NCBI GenBank assembly: GCA_049656905.1
Contig: JBASMO010000044.1
Coordinates: 482-64,481 of the forward strand
DNA from: Syntrophomonadaceae bacterium
GTDB taxonomy: Bacteria > Bacillota > Syntrophomonadia > Syntrophomonadales > Syntrophomonadaceae
Reading direction: 5' to 3'
Length of the DNA stretch: 64,000 nucleotides
The position numbers were made by a program, and so were the translations under genes. The first letter of the stretch is position 1. Each line of letters opens with the position of its first letter. This document shows positions 50,179 through 59,263 of this stretch, piece after piece. The notes beneath the pieces are model-generated. The model was not told where the DNA came from. It did not search any database and was given only the letters and a program-made list of their open reading frames with translations.

Positions 50179-50415
50179 ATGGCCAAACTAGACAACAATG
50201 GTACAGGACGTTGGCCTCCCTGGAGCCGAATTCAATCATTAAATGAGATGACTGAGGAAGCAGGCGTGGATTTTGATGAGTTTATCGAATCTATTAAAAA
50301 CCAGGCCAGTATATCCGAAATGGCTGAGCAGTTTCAAGTCAGTGAAGGGACTATCGAAAAGCTGCAGGATCACTTTTTTCGTTATGGCATAGGTTCAGTT
50401 CAAGGAGGCGATTAG
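50179..50415 (+). CDS. Hypothetical small protein with HTH-like segment
   Basis: 78-aa ORF from ATG 50179, after AAAGGGGG. The ISEMAEQFQVSEGTIEKL segment is HTH-like. It has its own terminator. No family recognised. Confidence 0.4.
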   Translation: MAKLDNNGTGRWPPWSRIQSLNEMTEEAGVDFDEFIESIKNQASISEMAEQFQVSEGTIEKLQDHFFRYGIGSVQGGD

Positions 50416-50427
50416 CCTCTTTTTTTA
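50404..50427 (+). terminator. Intrinsic terminator
   Basis: GAGGC pairs with GCCTC, followed by TTTTTTT. Confidence 0.65.
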
Positions 50428-50446
50428 TTTCTGTCTACTATAAACC

Positions 50447-50475
50447 TTGAAAAATAGCTGTCGATAAGTTAATAT
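50447..50475 (+). promoter_or_regulatory. Sigma-A type promoter for guaB
   Basis: TTGAAA (50447-50452), a 17-nt spacer, then TAATAT (50470-50475). Confidence 0.5.
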
Positions 50476-50507
50476 TACTTAAATTTCACAAAGGAGGCCG
50501 TTATTAG

Positions 50508-52383
<1,876 letters not shown>

Positions 52384-52387
<4 letters not shown>

Positions 52388-52412
52388 GCCGGCAATTGTT
52401 ATCTTTTATAAT
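52384..52412 (+). promoter_or_regulatory. Sigma-A type promoter driving the riboswitch-aminomutase unit
   Basis: TTGAGC (52384-52389), a 17-nt spacer, then a perfect TATAAT (52407-52412). Confidence 0.55.
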
Positions 52413-52435
52413 TAAATAAGAAACTCAAAAGTATC

Positions 52436-52556
52436 TTAGAGCGCTGAGTCTGCAATAGGCAGAGCGGAGGACCCGATTTTTGGGGTTAATCAGGTATGTA
52501 GCCTGAGGGGCTACCCAGCAGCCCCCACCCGTCAGCTAACTTCGTAAGCGTCGTTT
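52436..52556 (+). promoter_or_regulatory. ydaO-yuaA type (c-di-AMP) riboswitch
   Basis: It matches the remembered B. subtilis ydaO aptamer blocks in the same order. CAGAGCGGAGGACCC corresponds to CAGAGCGGGGGACCC. GGGGUUAAUC corresponds to GGGGUGAAUC. CCACCCGUCAGCUAACUUCGUAAGCGU corresponds to GAACCCGUCAGCUAACCUCGUAAGCGU. Confidence 0.85.
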
Positions 52557-52631
52557 GGGGGGTACTGTAACAATATATAGCTTACAGGTTAGTTGCCCTC
52601 CGCAAAATTTAAGAAGAAGGAGGGTTTTTGC

Positions 52632-53882
52632 ATGTCTCAGGAAGAAGTTGTAAACCGCAATCTATCATTGCAAAGAGCTGAAGAACTACGGGAAAGTATT
52701 AGCGATTATCTCAGCGTTGAACCTTTCATTGAAACCGGGTTTAGAGTGCAGGATAGAATCCTTGAAAATAGGCAAAAGATACTAGAATACTTCGATGCTA
52801 CCCAAGAGAACTGGGATGATTGGGTTTGGCAGATGAAGCATCGCATTACCGACGTAGAGCCATTACAGTTTTTGCTGAATCTGCCTGAAAAGGAAGTTGA
52901 GGAACTAAAGCAGATTAGCAAGCGATTCCGCTGGGGTATTTCACCTTATTATCTTAGTCTGATTGATTTCGAAAACTATCACGATTCTCCGATTTATAAA
53001 CAAGCCGTGCCTAGCATTTTAGAAGTATGGGATAACCATGGGTCTGCTGATCCCATGTGTGAAACCCAAACAAGTCCTGCCAGTCGGATCACCCGGCGTT
53101 ATCCGGATCGTTTAATTATTAATGTTACCAATCAATGTGCCATGTACTGCCGGCACTGCCAAAGACGACGTAATTTTGGAGAAGAAGATCACCACTGTAC
53201 TCGTCAGCAAATGGAGGAAGCACTAACCTATGTGCGTAACAACCCCGAGATAAGAGATGTGTTGATCACCGGGGGCGACGCACTCATGCTGAGCAATCGA
53301 ACCCTGGATTGGCTCCTGGGTGAATTAGATCAGATTCCTCATGTGGAGATTAAACGGTTGGGGTCCCGCACTCCCGTTACGCTGCCCCAGCGCATTACCC
53401 CGGAGCTCTGTGCTGTTTTGGAAAAGCATCCTCCTATATATCTAAATACCCAGTTTAACACACCCTTGGAAGTTACTCTGGAGGCTAAACAGGCTTGCGA
53501 TCGTTTAATAAAGGCTGGAGTTGTACTGGGGAACCAAGCGGTTTTACTAAGGGATATCAATGATGATGTTCACATTATGAAAAAACTTAACCAAGAACTG
53601 TTGAAAATACGAGTAAGACCATACTATATATTTCATGCTAAACAGGTTAAGGGAACTTCCCATTTTATTACCCCCATTGAAACGGGCATGGGTATTATGG
53701 AAAAACTAAGAGGCTTTACCTCTGGTTTAGCAGTACCAACCTATATTATCAATGCCCCAGAAGGACGAGGTAAAACGCCCATTTTGCCAGAGTATTTACT
53801 ATCCTTGAGTGAAGATGAAATAACTATCCGGACATGGGAAAATAGAGTATATAGATATAAGAACCGGATAAATCAAAGATAA
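52632..53882 (+). CDS. KamA-family radical SAM aminomutase, with a glutamate 2,3-aminomutase-like active-site signature
   Basis: CAMYCRHC (CxxxCxxC) cluster and PLP-Lys region. It aligns end to end with the remembered Clostridium subterminale KamA. The two lysine-binding Asp positions, however, read Lys (YYIFHAKQ versus YYIYQCDL) and Asn (YIINAPEG versus FVVDAPGG). The start is taken at ATG 52632 after GGAGGG. Confidence 0.85.
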   Translation: MSQEEVVNRNLSLQRAEELRESISDYLSVEPFIETGFRVQDRILENRQKILEYFDATQENWDDWVWQMKHRITDVEPLQFLLNLPEKEVEELKQISKRFRWGISPYYLSLIDFENYHDSPIYKQAVPSILEVWDNHGSADPMCETQTSPASRITRRYPDRLIINVTNQCAMYCRHCQRRRNFGEEDHHCTRQQMEEALTYVRNNPEIRDVLITGGDALMLSNRTLDWLLGELDQIPHVEIKRLGSRTPVTLPQRITPELCAVLEKHPPIYLNTQFNTPLEVTLEAKQACDRLIKAGVVLGNQAVLLRDINDDVHIMKKLNQELLKIRVRPYYIFHAKQVKGTSHFITPIETGMGIMEKLRGFTSGLAVPTYIINAPEGRGKTPILPEYLLSLSEDEITIRTWENRVYRYKNRINQR

Positions 53883-53914
53883 ATAAGTATTATAAAAACT
53901 ATGTTTCTTAGTTT

Positions 53915-53950
53915 CCCCCTGCTTATCAGCCGATTGAGCAGGGGGTTTTT
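53915..53950 (+). terminator. Intrinsic terminator after the aminomutase
   Basis: CCCCCTGCT (53915-53923) pairs with AGCAGGGGG (53937-53945), followed by TTTTT. Confidence 0.8.
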
Positions 53951-53955
53951 GTTGG

Positions 53956-53984
53956 TTGACTTGTTATGCATACCATATTAAAAT
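53956..53984 (+). promoter_or_regulatory. Sigma-A type promoter for the cadC-cadA operon
   Basis: TTGACT (53956-53961), a 17-nt spacer, then TAAAAT (53979-53984). Confidence 0.6.
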
Positions 53985-54001
53985 GGACTTAAATATGAAA
54001 G

Positions 54002-54019
54002 ATTGCTCATATGATCAAT
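54002..54019 (+). promoter_or_regulatory. Candidate ArsR/SmtB operator (inverted repeat)
   Basis: ATTGcTCATATGAtCAAT is an 18-bp palindrome with one mismatched pair. It lies just downstream of the -10 and upstream of the regulator gene. Confidence 0.55.
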
Positions 54020-54043
54020 TGTAACTGAAAGGATTAAATAGCC

Positions 54044-54412
54044 ATGACTAGAAAGGCTCAAGAGCTGGATAGGTGCGATTGTCAGGTAATTCATGAGGAT
54101 ATTGTTAACCAGGTCCTGCCCCAAATGCCTCCGGAAGAAACCCTGTATGATCTAGCCGAATTATTTAAGGTTTTTGGGGATTCCACTAGAGTTAAAATTC
54201 TATGGGCTTTAGATAAAGAAGAAATGTGTGTGTGTGATATTGCTTATCTTCTTAACATGACCCAATCGGCAATTTCACATCAACTGCGAGTCTTGAAGCA
54301 GGCAAAACTGGTTAAAAACCGCCGCGAAGGAAAAATAGTTTATTACTCTCTTGATGATGAACACGTCAGGCAAATATTCGAGATGGGATTATGCCATATA
54401 ATGGAGGAATAA
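54044..54412 (+). CDS. cadC: ArsR/SmtB family metalloregulator, CadC-like
   Basis: Winged HTH with the CVCD motif in alpha-3 plus an N-terminal CDC pair (alpha-3N thiolate site). A C-terminal D-x-H-x10-H-x2-E pattern (DEHVRQIFEMGLCHIMEE) forms the alpha-5 site. Confidence 0.8.
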   Translation: MTRKAQELDRCDCQVIHEDIVNQVLPQMPPEETLYDLAELFKVFGDSTRVKILWALDKEEMCVCDIAYLLNMTQSAISHQLRVLKQAKLVKNRREGKIVYYSLDDEHVRQIFEMGLCHIMEE

Positions 54413-54414
54413 TT

Positions 54415-56598
54415 ATGAGTAACAGAGAGTTGATTTTAGCTGACTGGGACACTTCCTTGGGTTCAAATGATCAACACCAAAACGGTAAACAATTGTTGCT
54501 CTTGGAAGGCTTGAGCTGTGTTAATTGTGCTGCCCAGATAGAAATAGAAGTCAATAATTTACCGGGAGTTAGCAAGGCCTCAGTAGATTTCTTTTCTCGA
54601 AAGCTGGCTCTGGAAACCGAAGAGGCTATAAATACTCCTGGAATAATTGCCAAGATAGAAAAAATAGTCAAACGGATTGAACCTGGGGTAAGAGTGGTGC
54701 AAGAAGATAGTAAAGAACAAGGTAATGCACATGGATACCGCAGTGAAGTCAATTTGAAAAGGCAAATTGGTCAGCTCCTAATGGGTGGAACACTATTTGC
54801 TGTGGGGTTAATTTTCAACTTTTCTCATTGGGTAGAACTTGTTCTATTCTTACTAAGTTATCTCATAGTGGGCGGAAGTGTTATTATACGAGCTGTTAAA
54901 GGGATTGCTCAGGGACAGGTATTCAGTGAATACTTTCTTATGAGTGTGGCTACCATAGGAGCCTTTTTGATAGGGGAATATCCTGAAGGGGTAGCTGTAA
55001 TGCTGTTTTATTTAGTAGGGGAAATGTTACAAGACCGGGCGGTAGAGAATTCTCGTAAATCCATCAGCTCTTTAATGGATATTCGGCCTGACTATGCCAA
55101 CTTAAAACTGGGCGAACAACTCCAAAAAGTATCACCGGAAAAGGTTAACATCGGTGACGTGATCATTATCAAACCCGGTGAAAAAGTACCTCTAGATGGT
55201 ATAGTTGTACAAGGCTCTTCGATGGTGGATACTTCAGCCCTTACAGGTGAGTCGCTGCCACGCCATTTGGAAGTGGGACAAGAAGCTCTCAGCGGCTTTA
55301 TCAATATGAACGGAGTACTGACTGTTCAGGTAACGAAGAACTTTGGCGAATCTACCGTGGCTAAAATTATGGATATGGTAGAAAACGCCAGCAGTCGCAA
55401 AGCCCCTACGGAAAACTTTATGACCAAATTTGCCCGCTATTACACACCGATAGTAGTATTTGGAGCGCTGGCCTTGGCCATCATACCCCCATTGATTATT
55501 CCGGGTGCAACTTTTTCTGACTGGATATACCGGGCACTGGTTTTCCTGGTTATATCCTGTCCCTGTGCTCTGGTCATATCAATACCGTTGGGCTTTTTTG
55601 GAGGGATCGGCGGAGCATCTAAAAAAGGCATATTGGTAAAGGGTGGCAATTACCTGGAAGCCTTGAACTTTGTAGAAACAGTGGTATTTGATAAAACAGG
55701 AACTTTAACCAAAGGGGTATTTAATGTTGCCGAGATCAATCCTAGTCCAGGCTATACACAGCATAATTTGCTGGAATATGCAGCATGCGCGGAAAGCTAT
55801 TCCAGCCATCCCATTGCCAGGTCGATAATAAATGCTTATGCAAACCATATAGATAAAAACCTAATTGAAGAATATGAAGAGATAGCTGGTCAGGGAATTA
55901 AAATTGCCATGCAAGGTCTAGTTATTTTGGTAGGTAATGACCGGCTAATGACTAGCCATAGTATAGAATACCAGAACGTTGATACTGTAGGAACGGCAGT
56001 GCATGTGGCTGTTGATGGGCAATATGCTGGTTGTATTGTCATCGCTGATGAAGTAAAAGAAGACGCAGCCCAGGCAGTTACCGAGCTTAAAGCTCTGGGA
56101 GTGAAGCAAACTGTTATGCTCACCGGAGACAGAGCGTTGGTAGGGAAGAGAATCGGAACCCAGTTGGGTTTGGACCAAATATATGCTGAGTTACTGCCAG
56201 GGGACAAAGTTCATAGATTGGAACTACTGGAAAGAGAGAAATCTGAAAAAGGCAAGGTGCTTTATGTAGGGGATGGCATAAACGATGCACCGGTACTAGC
56301 CAGAGCCGATATTGGAGTGGCCATGGGAGGACTAGGGTCTGACGCCGCTATAGAGGCGGCTGATATTGTAATTATGAATGACGCACCTTCGCAAGTAGCC
56401 ATGGCTATAAAAATTGCTAGAAAAACCCGGCATATTGTATATCAAAACATCGTATTGGCTTTAGGAATAAAGATCATCTTTTTGAGCTTGGGCGCTTTGG
56501 GAATGGCCACCATGTGGTCAGCAGTTTTTGCTGACACAGGCGTAGCTCTAATAGCCGTTATGAATGCTATGAGAACCATTAATGCCAAAAGCGTGTAA
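54415..56598 (+). CDS. cadA: P1B-type heavy-metal (Cd/Zn/Pb-like) translocating ATPase
   Basis: N-terminal HMA domain (CVNCAAQIE), TM CPC motif (SCPCALV), DKTGTLT, GDGINDAP and a TM8 Asp (FADTG), consistent with the Zn/Cd/Pb subgroup. The start is taken at ATG 54415. Confidence 0.9.
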   Translation: MSNRELILADWDTSLGSNDQHQNGKQLLLLEGLSCVNCAAQIEIEVNNLPGVSKASVDFFSRKLALETEEAINTPGIIAKIEKIVKRIEPGVRVVQEDSKEQGNAHGYRSEVNLKRQIGQLLMGGTLFAVGLIFNFSHWVELVLFLLSYLIVGGSVIIRAVKGIAQGQVFSEYFLMSVATIGAFLIGEYPEGVAVMLFYLVGEMLQDRAVENSRKSISSLMDIRPDYANLKLGEQLQKVSPEKVNIGDVIIIKPGEKVPLDGIVVQGSSMVDTSALTGESLPRHLEVGQEALSGFINMNGVLTVQVTKNFGESTVAKIMDMVENASSRKAPTENFMTKFARYYTPIVVFGALALAIIPPLIIPGATFSDWIYRALVFLVISCPCALVISIPLGFFGGIGGASKKGILVKGGNYLEALNFVETVVFDKTGTLTKGVFNVAEINPSPGYTQHNLLEYAACAESYSSHPIARSIINAYANHIDKNLIEEYEEIAGQGIKIAMQGLVILVGNDRLMTSHSIEYQNVDTVGTAVHVAVDGQYAGCIVIADEVKEDAAQAVTELKALGVKQTVMLTGDRALVGKRIGTQLGLDQIYAELLPGDKVHRLELLEREKSEKGKVLYVGDGINDAPVLARADIGVAMGGLGSDAAIEAADIVIMNDAPSQVAMAIKIARKTRHIVYQNIVLALGIKIIFLSLGALGMATMWSAVFADTGVALIAVMNAMRTINAKSV

Positions 56599-56604
56599 TG
56601 ACAA

Positions 56605-56649
56605 AAGTTGACCGATGTCTATCGCTGTGGGTAAGACATTGGTCAACTT
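56605..56649. terminator. Bidirectional terminator hairpin between convergent cadA and the DUF1858 gene
   Basis: A 16-bp stem, AAGTTGACCGATGTCT (56605-56620) pairing with AGACATTGGTCAACTT (56634-56649), with one G-T pair. It is flanked by A-rich sequence on the left and T-rich sequence on the right. Confidence 0.65.
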
Positions 56650-56658
56650 AAAGGTAAT

Positions 56659-56862
56659 TTAATTTTTGTTCTCTAGTTGGCGTAAATCATTCAATATTTT
56701 TTCGACAGGAACACCATGAGCTCGAGCACCCTGCTCGATGGTTTCAAACCTTACACCCGCTCAGCCCATACAGGCTATTCCATACTTCCGGAAAACCTGT
56801 TCGGCTCCGGGAATGGCCAAAACTTCTATCAAGGGGGTATTAGCTTCAACCAGTTTTGTCAC
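56659..56862 (-). CDS. DUF1858-type small redox protein with in-frame TGA (candidate selenocysteine) in the CxxC motif
   Basis: The minus-strand translation is VTKLVEANTPLIEVLAIPGAEQVFRKYGIACMG[TGA]AGVRFETIEQGARAHGVPVEKILNDLRQLENKN. Both halves fit the DUF1858 pattern (..IxEVL..P....VF...G..CxGC.....ETIEEGA..HG.....L...L) in a single frame. The TGA at 56761-56763 replaces the second Cys. A GAGGAGG SD is present. The start is uncertain because GTG 56862 abuts the SD; CTG 56853 is an alternative. Confidence 0.6.
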
Positions 56863-56878
56863 CTCCTCTTATTGTAGG

Positions 56879-56902
56879 AAAAATGGGGGAATAATCCCCC
56901 CA
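56879..56902 (-). terminator. Intrinsic terminator after the SASP gene
   Basis: On the minus strand, UGGGGGG pairs with UCCCCCA across an AUUAU loop, followed by UUUUU. Confidence 0.6.
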
Positions 56903-56913
56903 AAGAGTACGAG

Positions 56914-57102
56914 TTATCTTATTTGACCATTTTGCTGAGCAAGGCTTCTTTCGGCAATCTCGATAGCTTTGTTAACCATCATACCACAGTTTTTTGAGCT
57001 TACTCCGCCCCATCCTTCGGTGGCTACAATTTGGTCAACACCGAGTTCTCGAGCAATTTCATACTTTAATTGCTCAGACATAATGCCGCGTCTTCTTGCC
57101 AT
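56914..57102 (-). CDS. Small acid-soluble spore protein, alpha/beta type
   Basis: 62 aa with LKYEIARELGV and the GG...MVNKAIEIAE pattern characteristic of alpha/beta SASPs. GGAGG SD. Confidence 0.9.
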   Translation of the reverse strand: MARRRGIMSEQLKYEIARELGVDQIVATEGWGGVSSKNCGMMVNKAIEIAERSLAQQNGQIR

Positions 57103-57249
57103 TATGAACCTCCTCTAATAGACTCGTACTCAGTTATTATTGTTGCTTACAAAGGCTAAAATTATGGCTTGATGTAATTCGATAATTTGTAAACAGTTTC
57201 ACTAAAATGATTAATTTGTATTAAACTATGTATATAAAGGAGGATGCAA

Positions 57250-58128
57250 ATGCGCTACGAAGGTAATATTTTTAGGCCGCCCAGTGAAGCCAGAAGTTAT
57301 ATTTTGCAGTGCACAATAGGATGTACCCATAACCGCTGTACCTTTTGTGCTATGTATAAGGATAAGAAATACCGGGTTCGTTCACTGGAGGAAATCAAAG
57401 CGGACATACGTATGGCCAAGCTATATTATGGTGATGTAGAAAAAGTGTTCCTAGCTGACGGTGATGCCATAGCTATGGAAACCAGTGAATTGCTGGAAAT
57501 TTTGGAGATGCTGTACCAGTCCTTCCCTAGTCTGAGGCATGTTGGAGTCTATGCCAGTCCAGATGTGGTGCTGAAAAAAGATATGTCTGAGCTGACTGCC
57601 CTTAAAGCTGCCGGACTGACAATTGCTTATCTGGGTGTAGAGACCGGTGATGAAGAACTGCTGAAGGATATACGTAAAGGTGTCACTTATGATGAAATGG
57701 TAGAAGCAGGCCTACGCTTGCGGCAGGCTGGTATCCAGCTGTCAGTTACCGTTTTGCTGGGGCTGGCAGGACGAACACCCAAAGCGGTGGAACACGCTAA
57801 AAACACAGCTAAGATTTTAAATGATATGAATCCGGAGTATATTGGGGCACTGACATTGATGGTTGTGCCGAGAACGGAACTGTTTCGCCGTATGGAGCGT
57901 GGAGAATTTGAACTGCCTGGACCTTTTGAAATTCTAGATGAAATGCGGATCATGATTGAAAATTTGGAAGTTGAAGGCAGCGAGTTCCGAAGTAATCACG
58001 CGTCTAACTATCTACCCATCAAGGGACGGTTACCTGATGACAAACAAGCCATACTTGATCTCATCAACGACATCATTGCCAAGAATGACCGTAGATATTT
58101 ACGTCCCGACTATTTGCGAGCTTTATAA
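57250..58128 (+). CDS. Radical SAM protein of unknown specificity
   Basis: CTHNRCTFC (CxxxCxxC) near the N-terminus and an Elp3-type TIM-barrel-like core. ATG 57250 is preferred, as it lies 6 nt after GGAGG. Confidence 0.8.
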   Translation: MRYEGNIFRPPSEARSYILQCTIGCTHNRCTFCAMYKDKKYRVRSLEEIKADIRMAKLYYGDVEKVFLADGDAIAMETSELLEILEMLYQSFPSLRHVGVYASPDVVLKKDMSELTALKAAGLTIAYLGVETGDEELLKDIRKGVTYDEMVEAGLRLRQAGIQLSVTVLLGLAGRTPKAVEHAKNTAKILNDMNPEYIGALTLMVVPRTELFRRMERGEFELPGPFEILDEMRIMIENLEVEGSEFRSNHASNYLPIKGRLPDDKQAILDLINDIIAKNDRRYLRPDYLRAL

Positions 58129-58204
58129 AAATAAGTTGTCATAGGGCGGCAAATGGTTTATTATGGTTATTTAAAGGCAACAGCTGGGTAAGGGGGGGAC
58201 GTAG

Positions 58205-58834
58205 ATGCGGCTGTTTGGTAGGAAAGACCAAGAACTTTTTGCGCTTTTCAATGAAAGTGCCCGTATGGTAATTCGGGGCGGAGAGATTCTGCGTAACGTA
58301 GTATACGATTATTCGGATCTGGATGTTAAAATGGCCAAGCTGACAGCTATGGAACACGAAGGTGACCGGATTATTCAGGAACTAGTACGCCGCTTGAACA
58401 CCACTTTTATACTCCCCTTTGATCGAGAGGATGCTTTTCAACTAGTCCAGAAGCTGTCAACCACTCTGGATTATATAACCGGTATTATTGATCGTATGAT
58501 ATTATATAAAGCCGGGGAGCCCGATGATCGAGTAAAAGAAATGGTTGAGGTGTTATACGAAGCTCTCCAGCTTCAGGAACAGGCTTTTCATCTCCTGGAT
58601 CGAATTGAGCAGAATAAAAAACAGATTTTAAAGTGTTGCCAGGAAATAAGCCAGCTGGAAAGAAAGCAGGATTTATTATATCGTAATGGAGTAGCCTACT
58701 TATTTGAGCACCACGAAAATGATCCCATGTCTATTATCAAGTGGCGGGAAGTATATGAGCATATTGAGATGGCTCAAGATCATGTTCAAGATGTGGGCGA
58801 ACTGATTAGTAACATCTGTGTTAAATACTCATAA
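58205..58834 (+). CDS. DUF47 family protein (PhoU-like, YkaA-type)
   Basis: 209-aa all-helical protein with DUF47-like segments (ELFALFNESA, EHEGDRI, FDREDAFQL, WREVYEHIE). Confidence 0.75.
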   Translation: MRLFGRKDQELFALFNESARMVIRGGEILRNVVYDYSDLDVKMAKLTAMEHEGDRIIQELVRRLNTTFILPFDREDAFQLVQKLSTTLDYITGIIDRMILYKAGEPDDRVKEMVEVLYEALQLQEQAFHLLDRIEQNKKQILKCCQEISQLERKQDLLYRNGVAYLFEHHENDPMSIIKWREVYEHIEMAQDHVQDVGELISNICVKYS

Positions 58835-58839
58835 ACAAA

Positions 58840-58878
58840 AAATGCCCTTTCTGTTTATGCTAGGAAGGGCATTTTTTT
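58840..58878 (+). terminator. Intrinsic terminator after the DUF47 gene
   Basis: AAATGCCCTT (58840-58849) pairs with AAGGGCATTT (58865-58874) and runs into TTTTTTT. Confidence 0.8.
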
Positions 58879-59011
58879 AGATCCACTTCGGCAGCGGAAA
58901 AAGCCCAGCCTACTGGAGGACAGCCTTCTCATACCCCATAATAAACCCTTGACAATAATCAACTCAGTACTTTTGATTATATCTCTTTCCAGGGCTTACA
59001 ACTCTCCCTCC

Positions 59012-59061
59012 TTAACGGAAGGTTAGCCGCTGTTACCGGTGGCTGAGAAACCTTCCGTTAA
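59012..59061 (+). other. Orphan strong nested hairpin in a 430-nt non-coding gap
   Basis: A 13-bp perfect outer stem, TTAACGGAAGGTT (59012-59024) pairing with AACCTTCCGTTAA (59049-59061), encloses an AGCC/GGCT inner helix. It is followed by TATTTGAGTTTTATT. Confidence 0.5.
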
Positions 59062-59263
59062 TATTTGAGTTTTATTCCACGATCGATTGTCAGGTATAGG
59101 CTCCACTTCACCACCGCTTTCTTCTAAAGACTCCTATCTTTAATGTATACTGCTACTGGTGTAAAGCTGTCACCACCCTAGGATGATGCTTTGCTCTGAG
59201 ACCCGGGATACCTGCTGGGTTAAATAGCCAATAAATAGGGAATATTATCACCAGGAGGTAAAT

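Noticed and set aside
56738-56926. Plus-strand 62-aa ORF from the track, lying between cadA and the radical SAM gene
   Set aside because: Its translation resembles no family. It lies antisense to two minus-strand genes with clear family signatures (the alpha/beta SASP and the DUF1858-type gene) and crosses the SASP terminator.
57103-57243. Forespore (sigma-G/sigma-F type) promoter upstream of the SASP gene, and a sigma-A promoter for the divergent radical SAM gene
   Set aside because: I expected a GHATR-17/18-CATxxTA arrangement, but only loose matches (CCATAATT, CAATAATA) occur, without a correctly spaced -35. The evidence is too weak to report as a feature.
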